Positions 38,441-50,270 of a stretch of 64,000 bases of DNA are shown piece by piece. Numbering within the stretch: the stretch's first letter is position 1; each line of letters starts with the position of its first letter. Source of the stretch: Camelus dromedarius (lineage: Eukaryota); the NCBI RefSeq assembly GCF_036321535.1, contig NC_087436.1, forward strand, positions 24,554,001 through 24,618,000. Direction: 5' to 3'. The position numbers were made by a program, and so were the translations under genes. The notes beneath the pieces are model-generated. The model saw nothing but the letters and a program-made list of their open reading frames with translations. It did no database searches and was not told the DNA's origin.

Positions 38441-39450
38441 TGATGACTACTATTAGGCAATAAATTCCTAGGTGTCAGGGGTTTCTGTTTTGTGTTGTTT
38501 TGTTTTGTTATTTCCTCCCACCAAATCAGTCTTGAGAGTGCTTTGTGTGGACTCAGACAGAGGGCTGTTCATGAACGTGACATTATGTGGATGGTGACAC
38601 ATTTGTTCTTTCCTGAGGGGATGCAGGGTTACATGTGTTCTTGTTCTTAACTCAAAATTAAAATGAATGCATCCTCACCTAGGGCTGGAACACAGGGGCA
38701 GAAATTGCTGCCTCTTTTCCCCCTCAAGGCATGACCTGCATTGGTTGGGACAGTGACTTGAAGACTCAGGGGCTCCTTGTGGGCTAAGAGCCCCACAGGA
38801 TTCAAGGGGAGCAGCTCAGAAGCTGAGCAGGTGAGCCTCAGGTGTGTTTAACTGTTCTGTGGACACTTCTTTTCATGATGATGCTGGAGCCTGGGGCATA
38901 TCATTGGTTCCACAAATAACTAGGAGAACCTATCTTGTGTCTGGCAACTGCTTCTGAATCTGAAGAGACAAAGACAAATGAGGTCTGAATTTTGATCCTT
39001 GCTAAAACCAATTCTTAGGACAGCTGTCCTTTGTTTACCATACAGGTTTAAATATGTGGATTTCCCCCAGCTCCTTCCATCTCAGGTCCGTCCTCCCATC
39101 CCTCTTAACTTCGACATTTTGAATGTAGCTGAGGCCATCCTGTTTTTCGGCTCACCTAAATGAAAGACATTTAAATGTTTAATAGTCTTAAGACCATTAA
39201 CCTGAAGGTCCAAATGTACAGATATTCAGACAGGGGAGGACTTCAGGTCACACAAGGATGCAGTAGCTGGATCCTCACCCAGGAGAAGTGATGTTGCAGC
39301 AGCCACATCCTAGAACAGGGAGGATGGAGGCGGCTAGCCTATTTGCATCCTACCCTCCATGTACACGGAGGGCAGGGAACAAGAGGTGTCAGCAGACTAA
39401 TGAGATGATTTTGTGGCTAGGATCCAGGGCTTGAGACCTCTTTATCCTTA

Positions 39451-39781
39451 TTTTTTTCTTTTCTTTTTCTTCTATTTTTAAAAAAGAATTATTTTACTTT
39501 TATTTATTTTTTTTTTGGTGGATAATTAAGTTTATTTATTTATCTGTTTATTCATTTGTTTATAAAATGGAAGTACTGGGAATTGAATTCAGGACCTCAT
39601 CGTGCTACGCATGTATTCTACCACTGAGCTATACCCTGCCCCCCATTTCTTAGAAAACGTTTTTTGGGGGGAGGTAATTAAATATATTTATCTGTTTATT
39701 TTTAATGAAGGTACTGGGGGTTGAACCCAGGACCTCGCGCATGCTAGGCATGCACTCTACCACTGAGCTTTATCCACTCCC
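39451..39781 (-). mobile_element. Two tandem Vic-1-like SINEs inside one TSD
   Basis: Two units (~39490-39644 and ~39660-39781). 17-bp TSD AGACCTCTTTATCCTTA at 39434-39450 and 39782-39798. Confidence 0.92.
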
Positions 39782-40203
39782 AGACCTCTTTATCCTTAAT
39801 TTGACATTTATGACCTCTTGCAGACATAAAACTTAATGGAACCGCTGATTTTTCCTGTTTGTCTGATTGAGATGATGATGACAGTGAGGGAATGGCATAC
39901 AAATAATTAAGAATCTTTAAATTAGGGGACTTTAACACTTAAAAAAAAACTGCTGAGATGCTTTGTTGTTGTAATACTAAGAAATTACCGAACTTCCTTA
40001 GTGCTGGAAATAACTCTGCTTCCTTCTCTAGTTCGTTCTCTGGCCAGTAGATGGAAACAAATGAAAGTGAATTAGACCTGTTATATACTGCGTGGTTCAT
40101 ACATCAGGCTGGGACTGGGTCTTTTTTCCTCCTTCCTTCCTTAGTAGCAAATAGTAGCTGTATGTCCAGCAAATAATGGGTCCCAATCATGGATTAATGC
40201 CCC

Positions 40204-40837
40204 TGTTGGTGGTAGATGTAGCTGGGATCCAGGTTCTTGTCCTGTCCCAGAAAGAATTCAGAGACAAGACATGGAAGTTAAGAAAGTAAAGTGGAGATTT
40301 ATTAAGGGAGGAATAGTACACTCTCAAGGGGAGAGCGGGCAGGCTCAGGTGAGCAGCTGCCCTGAGTTTCTTTGGCAAGTTGGTTACACAAAGTGTAAAA
40401 ATGAATAGGTGGAATATTCATTGGGGAGGGAAAGGTTTGGGGTCCTATTTCCTGATTATCATCCCAACTCCACCTTCCCAAAGGGAGGAGAGATTTTTGG
40501 CCTTATTTAGTCTGAATTAAAGTGTAATGGCATCTGTGCATGATGGAATCTGCAAGGCTAATTTTATTGAAATGAGAAAATAATGAGCAAAATACTACAT
40601 TTGGACACTGGAGATTCCTGCCTTTTCCCACCTTTCTTTGTCGACCTCTAGGCCACTCATCACCCCCAAAGGTGTGACCACTTATCAGCCCAGAGGTTCC
40701 TGCTTTTCTTTCTCTGCCCAGGGACTTCTGGTGCTTACATGATGTATGTTTTCCTGCATTTGGCCTGTGCCCCTCCTTTCTGTTTGGTCTGTGTCCCCCT
40801 TTCTCTGCTCATTTCTAGCTGCCTGCCTGCTCTAACA
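40204..40837 (-). mobile_element. ERV1-type solo LTR (634 bp)
   Basis: TGTTGG...CTAACA ends, flanked by CCCC on both sides (4-bp TSD, low complexity). Minus-strand AATAAA at ~40298-40303. Confidence 0.85.
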
Positions 40838-42789
40838 CCCCCTCCGTCGCCCCCATGTCCTCCCCCACCCCCATGTCTTCCCCAGCGCTCTGCATGGTAA
40901 GGGGCGGAGGTGTTGGCACCTCTGCAGCCTCTAACACAGAGGTGTGGAGGATGATGCTCCGTATCAGGGCCCGGACTTAAGAGACCCCTCTGCAGTGCTC
41001 CCTCCGTGGCCGTGTGGTGGCTGAGCAGCACTGAGGTGAGAGAGGAGCAAAGGCTTTAAAGAATTTGGAACATAAGAGAACAGCAGCGCCTCGCTCCTAC
41101 CCCTCACTCTTCCTGCGCAGAGGGTCTCTCAACCTTTTAACAGCATTCTGAGTATACTGCACGCTTTTTCAACGGTCTGGGAGATGGAATAGGGAAGCCC
41201 AGAGCTCTAGCCTCGGATGAATGGCTGCGCTCAGCCGGGCACGGCGCTTGGGAGCTGTTAGTTTCCGGGCATCTCTAGAAAAGCATCCTTCCTCACCACA
41301 GCCGCTGACTCACTAAGGGCAAAAAGCCTGCCATGAGATCCCAGGCTCAGTACTTGGGTTGTTCGTGTCATTTCCTGCAATGTTTATCCGGTCCTCTCTG
41401 TGTACTTTTCCAGCTAGAACAAAACAGCGCTGCCATGGAAACTGCAAACACCAGGCGATCCTGGCCCCTGCACTTGGCAGCCCAGCCGGGAGAGAGATAA
41501 TGGCTTTTGTTGTTATCTATTGGATGCTGATGCTCAGTCGGTTGTACCCTCAGGCCCTAACTAGGGACACGCTGACACTGCACCGTCAGCGCTCTCTTGT
41601 AAACCTCCGCAGCCTCGCGCTGCGGTGATGCAGGCTGGAGATAACCGCTACAGCCCTAATCCTGATGACAACCCGGGGCTTTCTGCTTCCCTGACAGCTT
41701 CGGTGGGCTCCTCACTCTCAGGTGACCCAGAACTCTCAAAATAGTCTGCCGAACCCTGTAACTTGCCCAGCCCAACCGGTTGGCAAATCTTCCATCCGCT
41801 TTTCCTTTCTTTTTTTCCTCCAATGCTAATAAATACATTCTCCTGGTTGTGACTCAGATGATCGTGTTGGGGCTGGAGCCGGTTGGTAAAGTTCATCCCA
41901 GTAAGAATAGCTCATAATCTTCAGAACAGGTGGCTGTATTTTTTTCTTCCCAGAATAAATACAAATCCCAGCCCTCTAAACACACATTTAATATGAAACT
42001 CCAAAGATTTCTTAAAAATTCCTCTATTGGCTGCGACATTTAGAGGTCCGTTTACTATATCCGACATGAGCCATAATAATGCTGGGAGATGAGGAGTCCC
42101 AGGGACTGAACAACCGGGTGCGGGAGCCTTTCGCCCCTGGGTTGCCAGGTTAAATCAAACACGGCCTGGCAGGGAGAAGGTGTGGACAAACAGCTGTGTT
42201 TAGAAGGTGCTGATGTCTTGCTCTGTTTTTCCAATATTTGTGCTTTGAAAAGAGCTTTCTGCTTGAAATGCAGCCTCTCTGTGCTTGGAGCCCACATGTG
42301 TGGCAGAAAGTTATTCCATCTGTATTTCTGCGATTCTCATCCATCCCTCCTTACCTGCCCCCCGCCCCAGCAACACCCATTTTCTCTGGTTTCAAACTGC
42401 TGTACTCTGGAAGAGATAATCATGGAAACATCTTCTGACCCATTTGCTTGCAAATGCTTTTCTCTGGTTCTTAAAGCTCTTGCCACATAAAGTAGGGTGA
42501 TTTTCAAATTCTATTTGATCTTTCTAAAAGCTGGCGAGCCTTTTTTTTTCTGAGAAAAATTGTAGTACAGGCACACAGAAAAATAGTTCTAATTCCTGAC
42601 GTTATTTCACATTTGTAGGCTGTGGCTCACAGGAATATTTGGATGAGAGAGGTAGCTCTGTGTGAGGCTATAATCATGAATGGCCCTCTTGCCTCTTTCT
42701 CCAGAGAGGATGGAGCAAGGACAGCCCCTGCCTAAGAATTTAATGGAGTCCTTGCTTACAGTAATTTTTGAAATTAAAAAAAAAATTCT

Positions 42790-43503
42790 TATTTTTAATT
42801 GAAATGTAGTCAATTTACAATGTTAGTTTCAAGTGTACAGCAAAATGATTCAGTTACACATATATACATATATTTTTCAGATTCTTTTCCATTACAGTTC
42901 ATTGTAAGAAATTGAATATAGTCTCCTGTGCTGTGTGGTATGCCCTTGCTGTTTATCTATTTTATATATAGTAGTTTCTATCTGCTAATCTCAAACTCCT
43001 GATTTATCCCTTTCCCCCTACCATCCCCCCTGGTAACCACAGTTTGTTTTCTATGTCCATAAATCTATTTCTGGTTTGTAAATAAAATTTGTATTTTTTT
43101 TTTTTTAGATTCCACATATAAGTGACATCGTATGATATTTGTCTTTCTCTGTCTGACTTACTTCATTTAATATCATAATCTCTAGGTCCATCCATGTTGC
43201 TGCAAATGGCATTGTTTCATTCTTTTTATGGCTGAGTAATATTTCATTGTATATATATGTGTGTGTATGTATATATATATATATATATATATATACACCA
43301 CATCTTCTTTACCCATTCATCGGTCGATGGACATTTAGGTTGTTTCCATGGCTTGACTATTGTAAATAGTTATAGTGCTGCTATGAACAGTGGGGTGCAT
43401 GTATCTTTTCAAATTATAGTTTTCTCCAGTTATATGCCCAAGAGTGGGATTGCTGGATCATATGTTAAGTCTATTTTTAGTTTTTAAGGAACCTCCATAT
43501 GTT
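42790..43503 (-). mobile_element. L1 3' end, 5'-truncated
   Basis: TTTTAATTGAAATGTAG ... TCCATCCATGTTGCTGCAAATGGC ... GAGTGGGATTGCTGGATCATATG...AGGAACCTCCATA. Confidence 0.93.
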
Positions 43504-43752
43504 ATAGTAGCTTTAAAGCTTGAGGCAGGCCCTGGTGTAGGTAAGGGAGCTGCAGTCGATATACACATATATCTTGACTGATATATATATAAGACTTATG
43601 ACTTATGCATGGATGGGATTCTTATTTCCAGCTGACCATTGGGGCACAATTTGAATTTGGGCATATGGGAGGACTGGTGGTAAAGGAAAGATATTGGCCT
43701 TCATAATTCTATGGGATATTAACTTCACTGTGAGAGAAGGAGCCTTGCAAAC

Positions 43753-44209
43753 TGTTAATCTAAAACTATAAAACAATAAATTATTTTACTAGCAAAATGG
43801 GCTTATTGAGAGCAATAAAGAATTGCAGTTTGGGAAATGCAACTATGGTGAACCACATGCAAGTCTGGTAAAACAAAGGGGAGAAAACTTTTATAGAGGA
43901 GAAAGGGAAGTTGGGAGGGGCTGTTATAAACAAAAGGTCCATTGGAGGAAACTGGGTGTTCAAAGTATAGTGACTTTTTATTGGTTGAGTTGCAGCAGTC
44001 TCTTATTGGCTGAGCTGTTGCCTGGTATGGAGAAGATCTTTCTTCCTCCTGCTGGCAGTAATAAAGTAGTGTCAATTCTTGCCAGAGATGCAACGTACAT
44101 CTTTTTCTATTGAGATCTGTACATGTGTGAGTGGTATGTGTGTGAAAGTTCCTTCTTCTGGACTCCTGACTCTCTCTCATAGTGAGGTTTTCCTTTATTA
44201 ACTTTCACA
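43753..44209 (-). mobile_element. 3' LTR of the provirus (457 bp)
   Basis: Plus strand reads TGTTAATCTA...CTTTCACA, followed by TTTTCCCGTTT (the PPT on the minus strand). Confidence 0.93.
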
Positions 44210-44959
44210 TTTTCCCGTTTGGATCAAGATTTTTTCTCAAAAAACATCCCTGATCAAGAATCAGGTTTTGTTTTGTTTTGTTTTGTTTTAATTTATTTAA
44301 TATTTTTTTTACCAGCATTCCATGGCCTTTTGTCCCTCCATGCCAGGAAGGACCTCTTCTGGGTGTTGTATTCCACTTGGAGGGAAAATACACTGATTGG
44401 AAAACTATTGTGGTCACATTTGAGTAACAGTGAGGAAGGGAGATCTAGGCATTTTCCATCTAAAGTCTGTATCTTAGAATAGTGACTACAGCAAGGGCAC
44501 ACTTAAAACTGAAGGAATTAAGTGCTTTATGGAGACACGGTGCAGGAATAAACATGCAGTGATTAAACAGTATTGTTATCTCAAAAGAGACTGTTTGGCA
44601 GCAAATGTCTTATCAGTAATACAGGCTGTCTCATCTGCCTATGTTACTGATGTTATCTGCCTCATTTCTGGGAAATCTTTACCTTCAGGTCAACAGATGG
44701 TATGCAGGTCAAGTCAGGGTTTGGAGCTTTCTTTAGATGTGTCATGTGAATCGAGGGTCTATTCCTTGGACTTTGGTGGCATGAGGGTTGGTTATCAGTA
44801 CCTGATAGGGGCATTTCCTGCGAGGTTGAAGAGAGTCATTCTGGAGGTGTCTTTGCTAATAGAGAAACATGTCCAGGTTGAAAGGTGTGATGCTTAAAGT
44901 CTTTGTATCCTGAAAGCTCACTGTGAAAAAGTTGCTCTGTCAGACATGGTTTTTCTTAA

Positions 44960-45685
44960 TGGAAGCAATTAGACCTTTACAATATTGAAGTGTATCTCCT
45001 TTTATCAGCTGCAGATTCAAAAGAGGCAGGGGTTCGGGTGCATTGGGCATCCTGTAACTGTGTCAAAGTGTGAGAGTTTATGAGGTCTGAAAGGGGAGGA
45101 TCTGAGATTTACAAGGACAAGTGCAATGCTTTTGACTAGGGTATTTGGAGAATTTCTATGAGTTTTGCCAGTTGGGTCTTAATAGTGCTGTTAGTATGTT
45201 TGACTAATCTTGAGAATTGAGGATGGTGAGCACAGTGAAAATGCTGTAAAACCACCCAAACAGTTAGACTTGTTGAAGTACCTGCCCAGTAAATGGATTC
45301 CTCAATCACTATGAAACTTGAGAGGGGTTCCCCACGTAGGGATGATCTTTCTAACAAACTATTAGCCACAGAAGAAGCAGTGGTCTATCTACAAGGGAAA
45401 GCTTGTAGTGAGAAGACATACAGACCATAATTAAAACATACTTATATCCATGAGACAGAGGAAGCTGTATGAAATCTATTTGCCAAACCCTGAATGGCCC
45501 ATTATGTATTCAAAATGTCCAGGAGCAGTGTGAACAGGTTTTCCTGGATTAGAATTGGGCAGGTGGCACAAGCAAGGTAGGCACTCTTTGTGGCATTCTT
45601 AATATTTCCCCACCAATATTGGTTCATGAATGTTATCATTTTGTCAGTGGACCAATGGTTCAATGCATGTACAGGGTGAGGAGTG
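44960..45685 (-). pseudogene. pol: ERV integrase remnant
   Basis: HALNHWSTDKM...YWWG...CATCP (HHCC zinc finger), WQIDFIQLP, WGTPLKFHSD*G and HCAHHPQFSRLVKHTNSTIKTQLAKL, spread over shifting minus-strand frames. Confidence 0.9.
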
Positions 45686-45904
45686 GGAATCTTAATAGAA
45701 GGTGTACTGTGGATTTTGCCAATATCAGTCAGAGATTTTACTCGTGAGGAGGGTGGGTGCTGATTCAAAAGGGACAAATGACCCATGTTTCCAGAATTGG
45801 ATCCAGTACTGTCAGAGACAGAGAAAATAAAAGATGTCAAAGCTCCATAATCCACCTGGTTGGCTATTTTGATGGCTATGGTCAGTTTTAGGATTGTTGC
45901 TTCC

Positions 45905-46036
45905 CTTTTTTTTGTTTATTTTGGGGGAGGAGGTAATTAGGTTTATTTATTTATTCTTAAAGGAGGTACAGGGGATTGAACCCAGACCCTCATGCAGGCT
46001 AGGCATACATTCTGCCACTGAGCTATACCTTCCCTC
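45905..46036 (-). mobile_element. Vic-1-like SINE inserted in the provirus
   Basis: GGTAATTAGGTTTATTT...GGAGGTACAGGGGATTGAACCCAG...CACTGAGCTATACC. Imperfect TSD TGTTGCTTCCCTTTT / TGTTTCTTCCTTTT. Confidence 0.92.
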
Positions 46037-46039
46037 TGT

Positions 46040-46330
46040 TTCTTCCTTTTGAGAGAAAGAGATTGTAGTATGATAATTTTTCAAGAAGTCAGGAGGAGGA
46101 GGAACTAAGGAGAAAAGGGTGTGTCTCTTTCAAAGGGACTAGATGAAAGCGAACTGGTTCAGAACGGGCAATTGTTGAGGTTCATTAGAAATCCCCACTT
46201 TTGGAACTGTTTTGATTCTCTGAGGCAGGGGCTGCTCTCTAGCCCCAGGGTTGATCACCGATAGTGTGGCTCCAGTGTCAATGAAGACAGAGAAACGTTC
46301 ATCCTCAGTCTGGAGAGTTATTTCTTTGAG
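46040..46330 (-). pseudogene. pro: ERV aspartic protease remnant
   Basis: Minus strand TLQTEDERFSVFIDTGATLSVINPG with DTGA at 46268-46279, followed by frameshifted ...HPFLLSS...DFLKNYH. Confidence 0.9.
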
Positions 46331-46380
46331 CTGGGTAAGGGGGAAATTGACAAGAACCTCTGTAGTTCTTCGGAGCCCCC

Positions 46381-47618
46381 TCGCTGGGAATCAGGAGGAC
46401 TTTGGAAAGCCTGGTTAGCGGGCCGAAGGTGCCTGAAATGCTTAAATTTGTAAGAAATGCTTAACTCATTCTTCCAATGTCATGGCTCTTTGAAGTAATA
46501 GCAGAAACTAGAAGGTTTTGGGTTTCGTTTAGGGACCTTCATTTGTCAGAATTAAAGATTAAGAATATAGCAGTCTTTCTTTTTTGGTGGCTCATCTAGG
46601 GTGTGAGGGAGCTGATTTGCCAAATTAAGTAATCTGGAGTGGACCTAGTTTCTCATTCCATCCTGGTCCTTTTAACTAAAAGAGAAAGATCCCAGTTTTG
46701 CCATTAATAAACATAAAAGCTACCCTAGTGGAACCAACTTTAAAGAAAGACCAGAATTTTCTTTAAAGGTAATCTAAAGTCAATTACAGTAGTTATGGAC
46801 AGGTTCATCCGACTTTTGTGTCTAAGCTTGAATTTTGTTCCCATCAACAGGCTTAGGAAAGGCTACTGGAATTGCTCTGTGGTTTCCAGTGAGTGCTCTG
46901 GCCTCTTGCCAAGTTAAGGGTTTGCTTTTTGAATCCCCTCCAGGGTGTCCTCATTGGGCTTGTTTCATCCAATGTCTGCTTGACCTTCACCAACAAGATG
47001 TGAACCGACTGACAGGAATCTGAGAAACCAAGTTGGTGGGTTTGAATAACTATGTTAAATTCTTTAGCCAACCTATGGAGTTCCTCAGTTACTTTTTGAA
47101 ACTCTTAACTATGGCTTACAGTTTGGCCTTAGTCCAGGGAACATAAGACATTTGGGATTTATCTGGATCCTCAGAAGATGTAACATTAAAGGGGGCAGGT
47201 TCTGATAGGGTCGTAGATGTCACTGGAGGCAGAGCCTGAGACAAATAAGCCGAGGAGGCAAGCATGAGACTTTGGAAGCCATTCTGTCTTCCTTTGTTTG
47301 TTTGCTTCAGTTAATTTAATTACTGCCTTTTGCAGAGAGGCACTTTTAGACTGCTGGTTATGTATGCAAGCCTCAAAATACCCATCCAAATAGGAGTCAA
47401 ATTTAGTTTTGACGATTTCAGAGACATGTCAGTTTTAAGCAAGGCATGTTTGGGGAGTCCCCATAATGGACATTGATGTTCCAAATTACTTTTGGTTAAG
47501 TCAGTTCATTGAGTTAGAAATGAACATGAGGAGGGACTCTAGTTTTTAAACATAAGATCAGCCAAGGTCTCTGAAGGGCGGGGGCGCTCTCAAAACATTT
47601 AGGTAAGTGAGATCCCAC
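46381..47618 (-). pseudogene. gag: ERV gag remnant (stops and frameshifts)
   Basis: Minus-strand translation: degenerate start GTG-GGA-TCT (GSHLPK) at 47618; RAIPVAFPKPVDGNKIQA*TQKSDEPVHNYCN (MHR-like, ~46783-46898); CYYFKEP*HWKNE (decayed CCHC knuckle, ~46465-46503). Confidence 0.85.
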
Positions 47619-48050
47619 TTTCCAGAGGTTTTTCTCTAGAGCAAAAGAATAATTCTTAAATGGCCCACTGGCTAAATAACAGCACACTTCCAATAGGAAC
47701 AGCCTGGTCCCGAAGGAGTCAGGCCAAAAGCTAAACAGCACAGTTCTAATAGGAACGGCCTGGTTCCAAAATAGTCAGGCTCAAGTGCCAAATGAGTACT
47801 CACAGACAAAGCAAGGCCTTGACAAAAAAAGATGAAGCTTTAAAACGGGTCCTAGATAAAGCCTGGAGAGCTTTAAAAAATGCAAAAAGAGTGGAGCTCA
47901 GATCTAGAAGAAAAACTTACCCTCAAACTTCAGGGTTGGTGAGAAAGCTGTGAGCTCAGTGGGCTCTATGCGAACTGGCACCTGTTTGCTCACTAGCCTC
48001 AGGGTTTTCCGGGGTCTTCTGTGGCTCCTGGGGGGGGGACCTCTATGTAA

Positions 48051-48494
48051 TGTTAAGCTGAAACAATGAAACAGCCAATTATTTTATCAGCAAAATGGGT
48101 GTTTTGGGGAATAGCAAAGAACTGTAATTTGGAACAGGCAACTGTGGGGAACCACATGCAAGCTTGGTAAAGCAAAGGAGAGGAAAATCTTTTCAAGAGG
48201 CGAAGGGGAAGCTGGGAGAGGCTGTTGTAAACAAAAAGTTCATTGGAGGAAGCTGGGAGTTCAAAGTATAGTGACTTTTCATTGGCTGAGTTGTGACAGT
48301 CTTTCATTGGCTGAGCTATTGCTAGGCAAGGAGAAAATCTTTCTCCTTTCTGCTGCCAGTAGTAAAGTGTGACTTCCTGCTGGAAGTAACATCTCTTTCT
48401 GTTGGGATCTGTATGTGAGTGTATGTATGTGAGAGCTCCCCCTTCTGGACTCCTGATTCCATTTTGGTGAGGTTTCTCTTAATTAATTTTCACA
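48051..48494 (-). mobile_element. 5' LTR of the provirus (444 bp)
   Basis: Plus strand reads TGTTAAGCTG...TTTTCACA. Colinear with 43753-44209 (shared blocks GAACCACATGCAAG, TTCAAAGTATAGTGACTTTT, CTTCTGGACTCCTGA) and upstream of gag on the minus strand. Confidence 0.93.
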
Positions 48495-48579
48495 CAATTA
48501 TAGGGAGGTAATTAAATAAATCATACAGATTTGGAAAAGAGGATGCAAAATGGTGATGTGATATCATAGGGGCAGATAT

Positions 48580-48790
48580 AGCATGCAGCACAGTTTTGTT
48601 TGGTGTATAAAGTGTTTGTTTTTCATTTGAAGTAGTTGTAACATGACAAAACTGAAGATTTTATATAGAAACCCAGATTTCTATCTTCTTTTAAGCAACT
48701 GGAAGATCTGGCAACACTGGCTCCCCAGTCTGCATGGTAACAGTTGGGGAGATTGGTAGAGGCTGCTTCCTTTAGACAAGGATGCCCTAC
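48580..48790. mobile_element. MER102-like hAT relic
   Basis: AAACCCAGATTTCTATCTTCT...GGAAGATCTGGCAACACTGG. Confidence 0.6.
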
Positions 48791-49091
48791 CTAATTTGCT
48801 ATAGTTTTGTGCCCAGCCTGTTTCACTCATTGCCTTTAACTGTGTGACCACTCCAGGCATTTCCTGGTCTGAGGATATATCACTGTTCTCCTCTGTGGGG
48901 CTTGAAGTGCCAAAGTCATCACTGACTTTTCTGCTCAAGTCTCACTTTCTTTGGGGCATTATTTGAGATGAATAATTTAGATCTGGTTGAAGGTACAGCT
49001 GAGAGGAAGGAAACAGATGTTAGAGTAAGACTAATACCCGCGGATAAGATCTCTCAAAGGGTAGAGGAAGAGTCTTAGTCTGGGGTATACT

Positions 49092-49430
49092 TGTATGTGT
49101 AATTAATGTTATGCTGTGCTAACACATATGCCCTGGCTTTTGAGCGACCTAACACAGTGAGGGTTTACTCCTTGGTCACAGCCCCCCATCTGTCTCACCC
49201 CCTCTTCCACCTCATAGCGATGCCATCTGGAACAGGAAGGCTACGAAAAAGCTCTAACAGGAGGAGAGAGGGAGTGGATACTCTCGTGTAGGAAGTTTAC
49301 GACCAGCTCTGGAAGTAGCAAACATGACTTCCAATCCTGTCCCATTGGTCAGAACCCAATCATGTGTCCTAACATTAACTGCAAAGTAGTCTGAGAAGGG
49401 GGTCTTCCTGTGGGCCCAGGAAGAGGAGAA
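49092..49430 (-). mobile_element. MaLR LTR relic (MLT1J/K-like)
   Basis: CCCATTGGTCAGAACCCAATCATGTGTCC...AACTGCAAAGTAGTCTGAGAA motif. Confidence 0.55.
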
Positions 49431-50059
49431 GGAAACAAGGCCAGTGCACACCTCGTATTGCCTCTGCTGTGGAGGCTAGAAGAAAGGCATGTTTTGAAAG
49501 AAGGGCAGCCCTGAGGGCAGGACAGCAGGGTTAGGAAGGGGGTGTGCCCCTCACTGAGGAGGAGATAACTCTCTGGGTCCTTTTCCCCCTGGATGGTGGG
49601 AAACGCCATCTTTCACACATAGCTTTGTGCTCCCTTCCGATGTGCAATTCCCTTGAATTCCCCCAACCTTTTAGGGGAAGCCGGTACAGCTCCCTCCGTG
49701 GCCACAGGTAGAATGATGCAGAGAAGAAAGAGACAGCCCAGTGAGAGGAAGCGCTGTCTGCCCACATCCCTCCCCGCTGGCTCCCTGAGAGAAGCAGCGG
49801 CAGCCGTCTGCAGTCTGTGTCCAGGAGTCCCAGACAGTGGCCAGCCATAAAGTGAGTGGCGGCCTGCAGGTCCCGCAGCAGCGAGCACTTCCCAGCTGAG
49901 AGCTCAGGAAGGAGGTAACTGAAGTTCCTCTTTGTTAATGTCGACCAGAGGAAGTAGATCTTTGTAAGAGGAGTGCTAACTGCTTGGGTTGTGCTTCACC
50001 ATAAAAAAAGCTCAAAGCGCAGGTCTTATCGGTAGCCTTTAATGCTGATTAGTACTATT

Positions 50060-50270
50060 CAGTGAGTGCCTACATATCCAGGCACTACCTGGGTGAACAC
50101 TTTGCAACGTTACTTCATTAGTCTTCACAGCAACCTAATGACGTAGAGGGAATTGCCCCCATTTTACAGGAAATGGAAGCTAAGAGAGGCTATTTAACCC
50201 AAAGTCACAAAGGTGGTGAATGACAGAGCCAACAGTTTAACTCAATTCTGTTTGATTCTAAAGCCAGTCT
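50060..50270 (-). mobile_element. MIR
   Basis: CTTCACAGCAACCT...CCCCATTTTACAG...CCCAAAGTCACA. Confidence 0.75.

Larger units (their letters stand above)
43753..48494 (-). mobile_element. Degenerate ERV1 (class I) provirus: LTR-gag-pro-(RT/RNase H deleted)-IN-LTR
   Basis: Two homologous TG...CA direct repeats (43753-44209, 48051-48494). A purine tract (minus AAACGGGAAAA) lies immediately before the 3' LTR. The minus strand carries gag MHR and zinc-knuckle remnants, a DTGA protease motif, and integrase HHCC/core remnants. Confidence 0.95.

Noticed and set aside
48025..48050. Primer-binding site of the provirus
   Set aside because: The minus strand after the 5' LTR reads TTACATAGAGGTCCCC..., with no TGG start, so the tRNA primer cannot be assigned.
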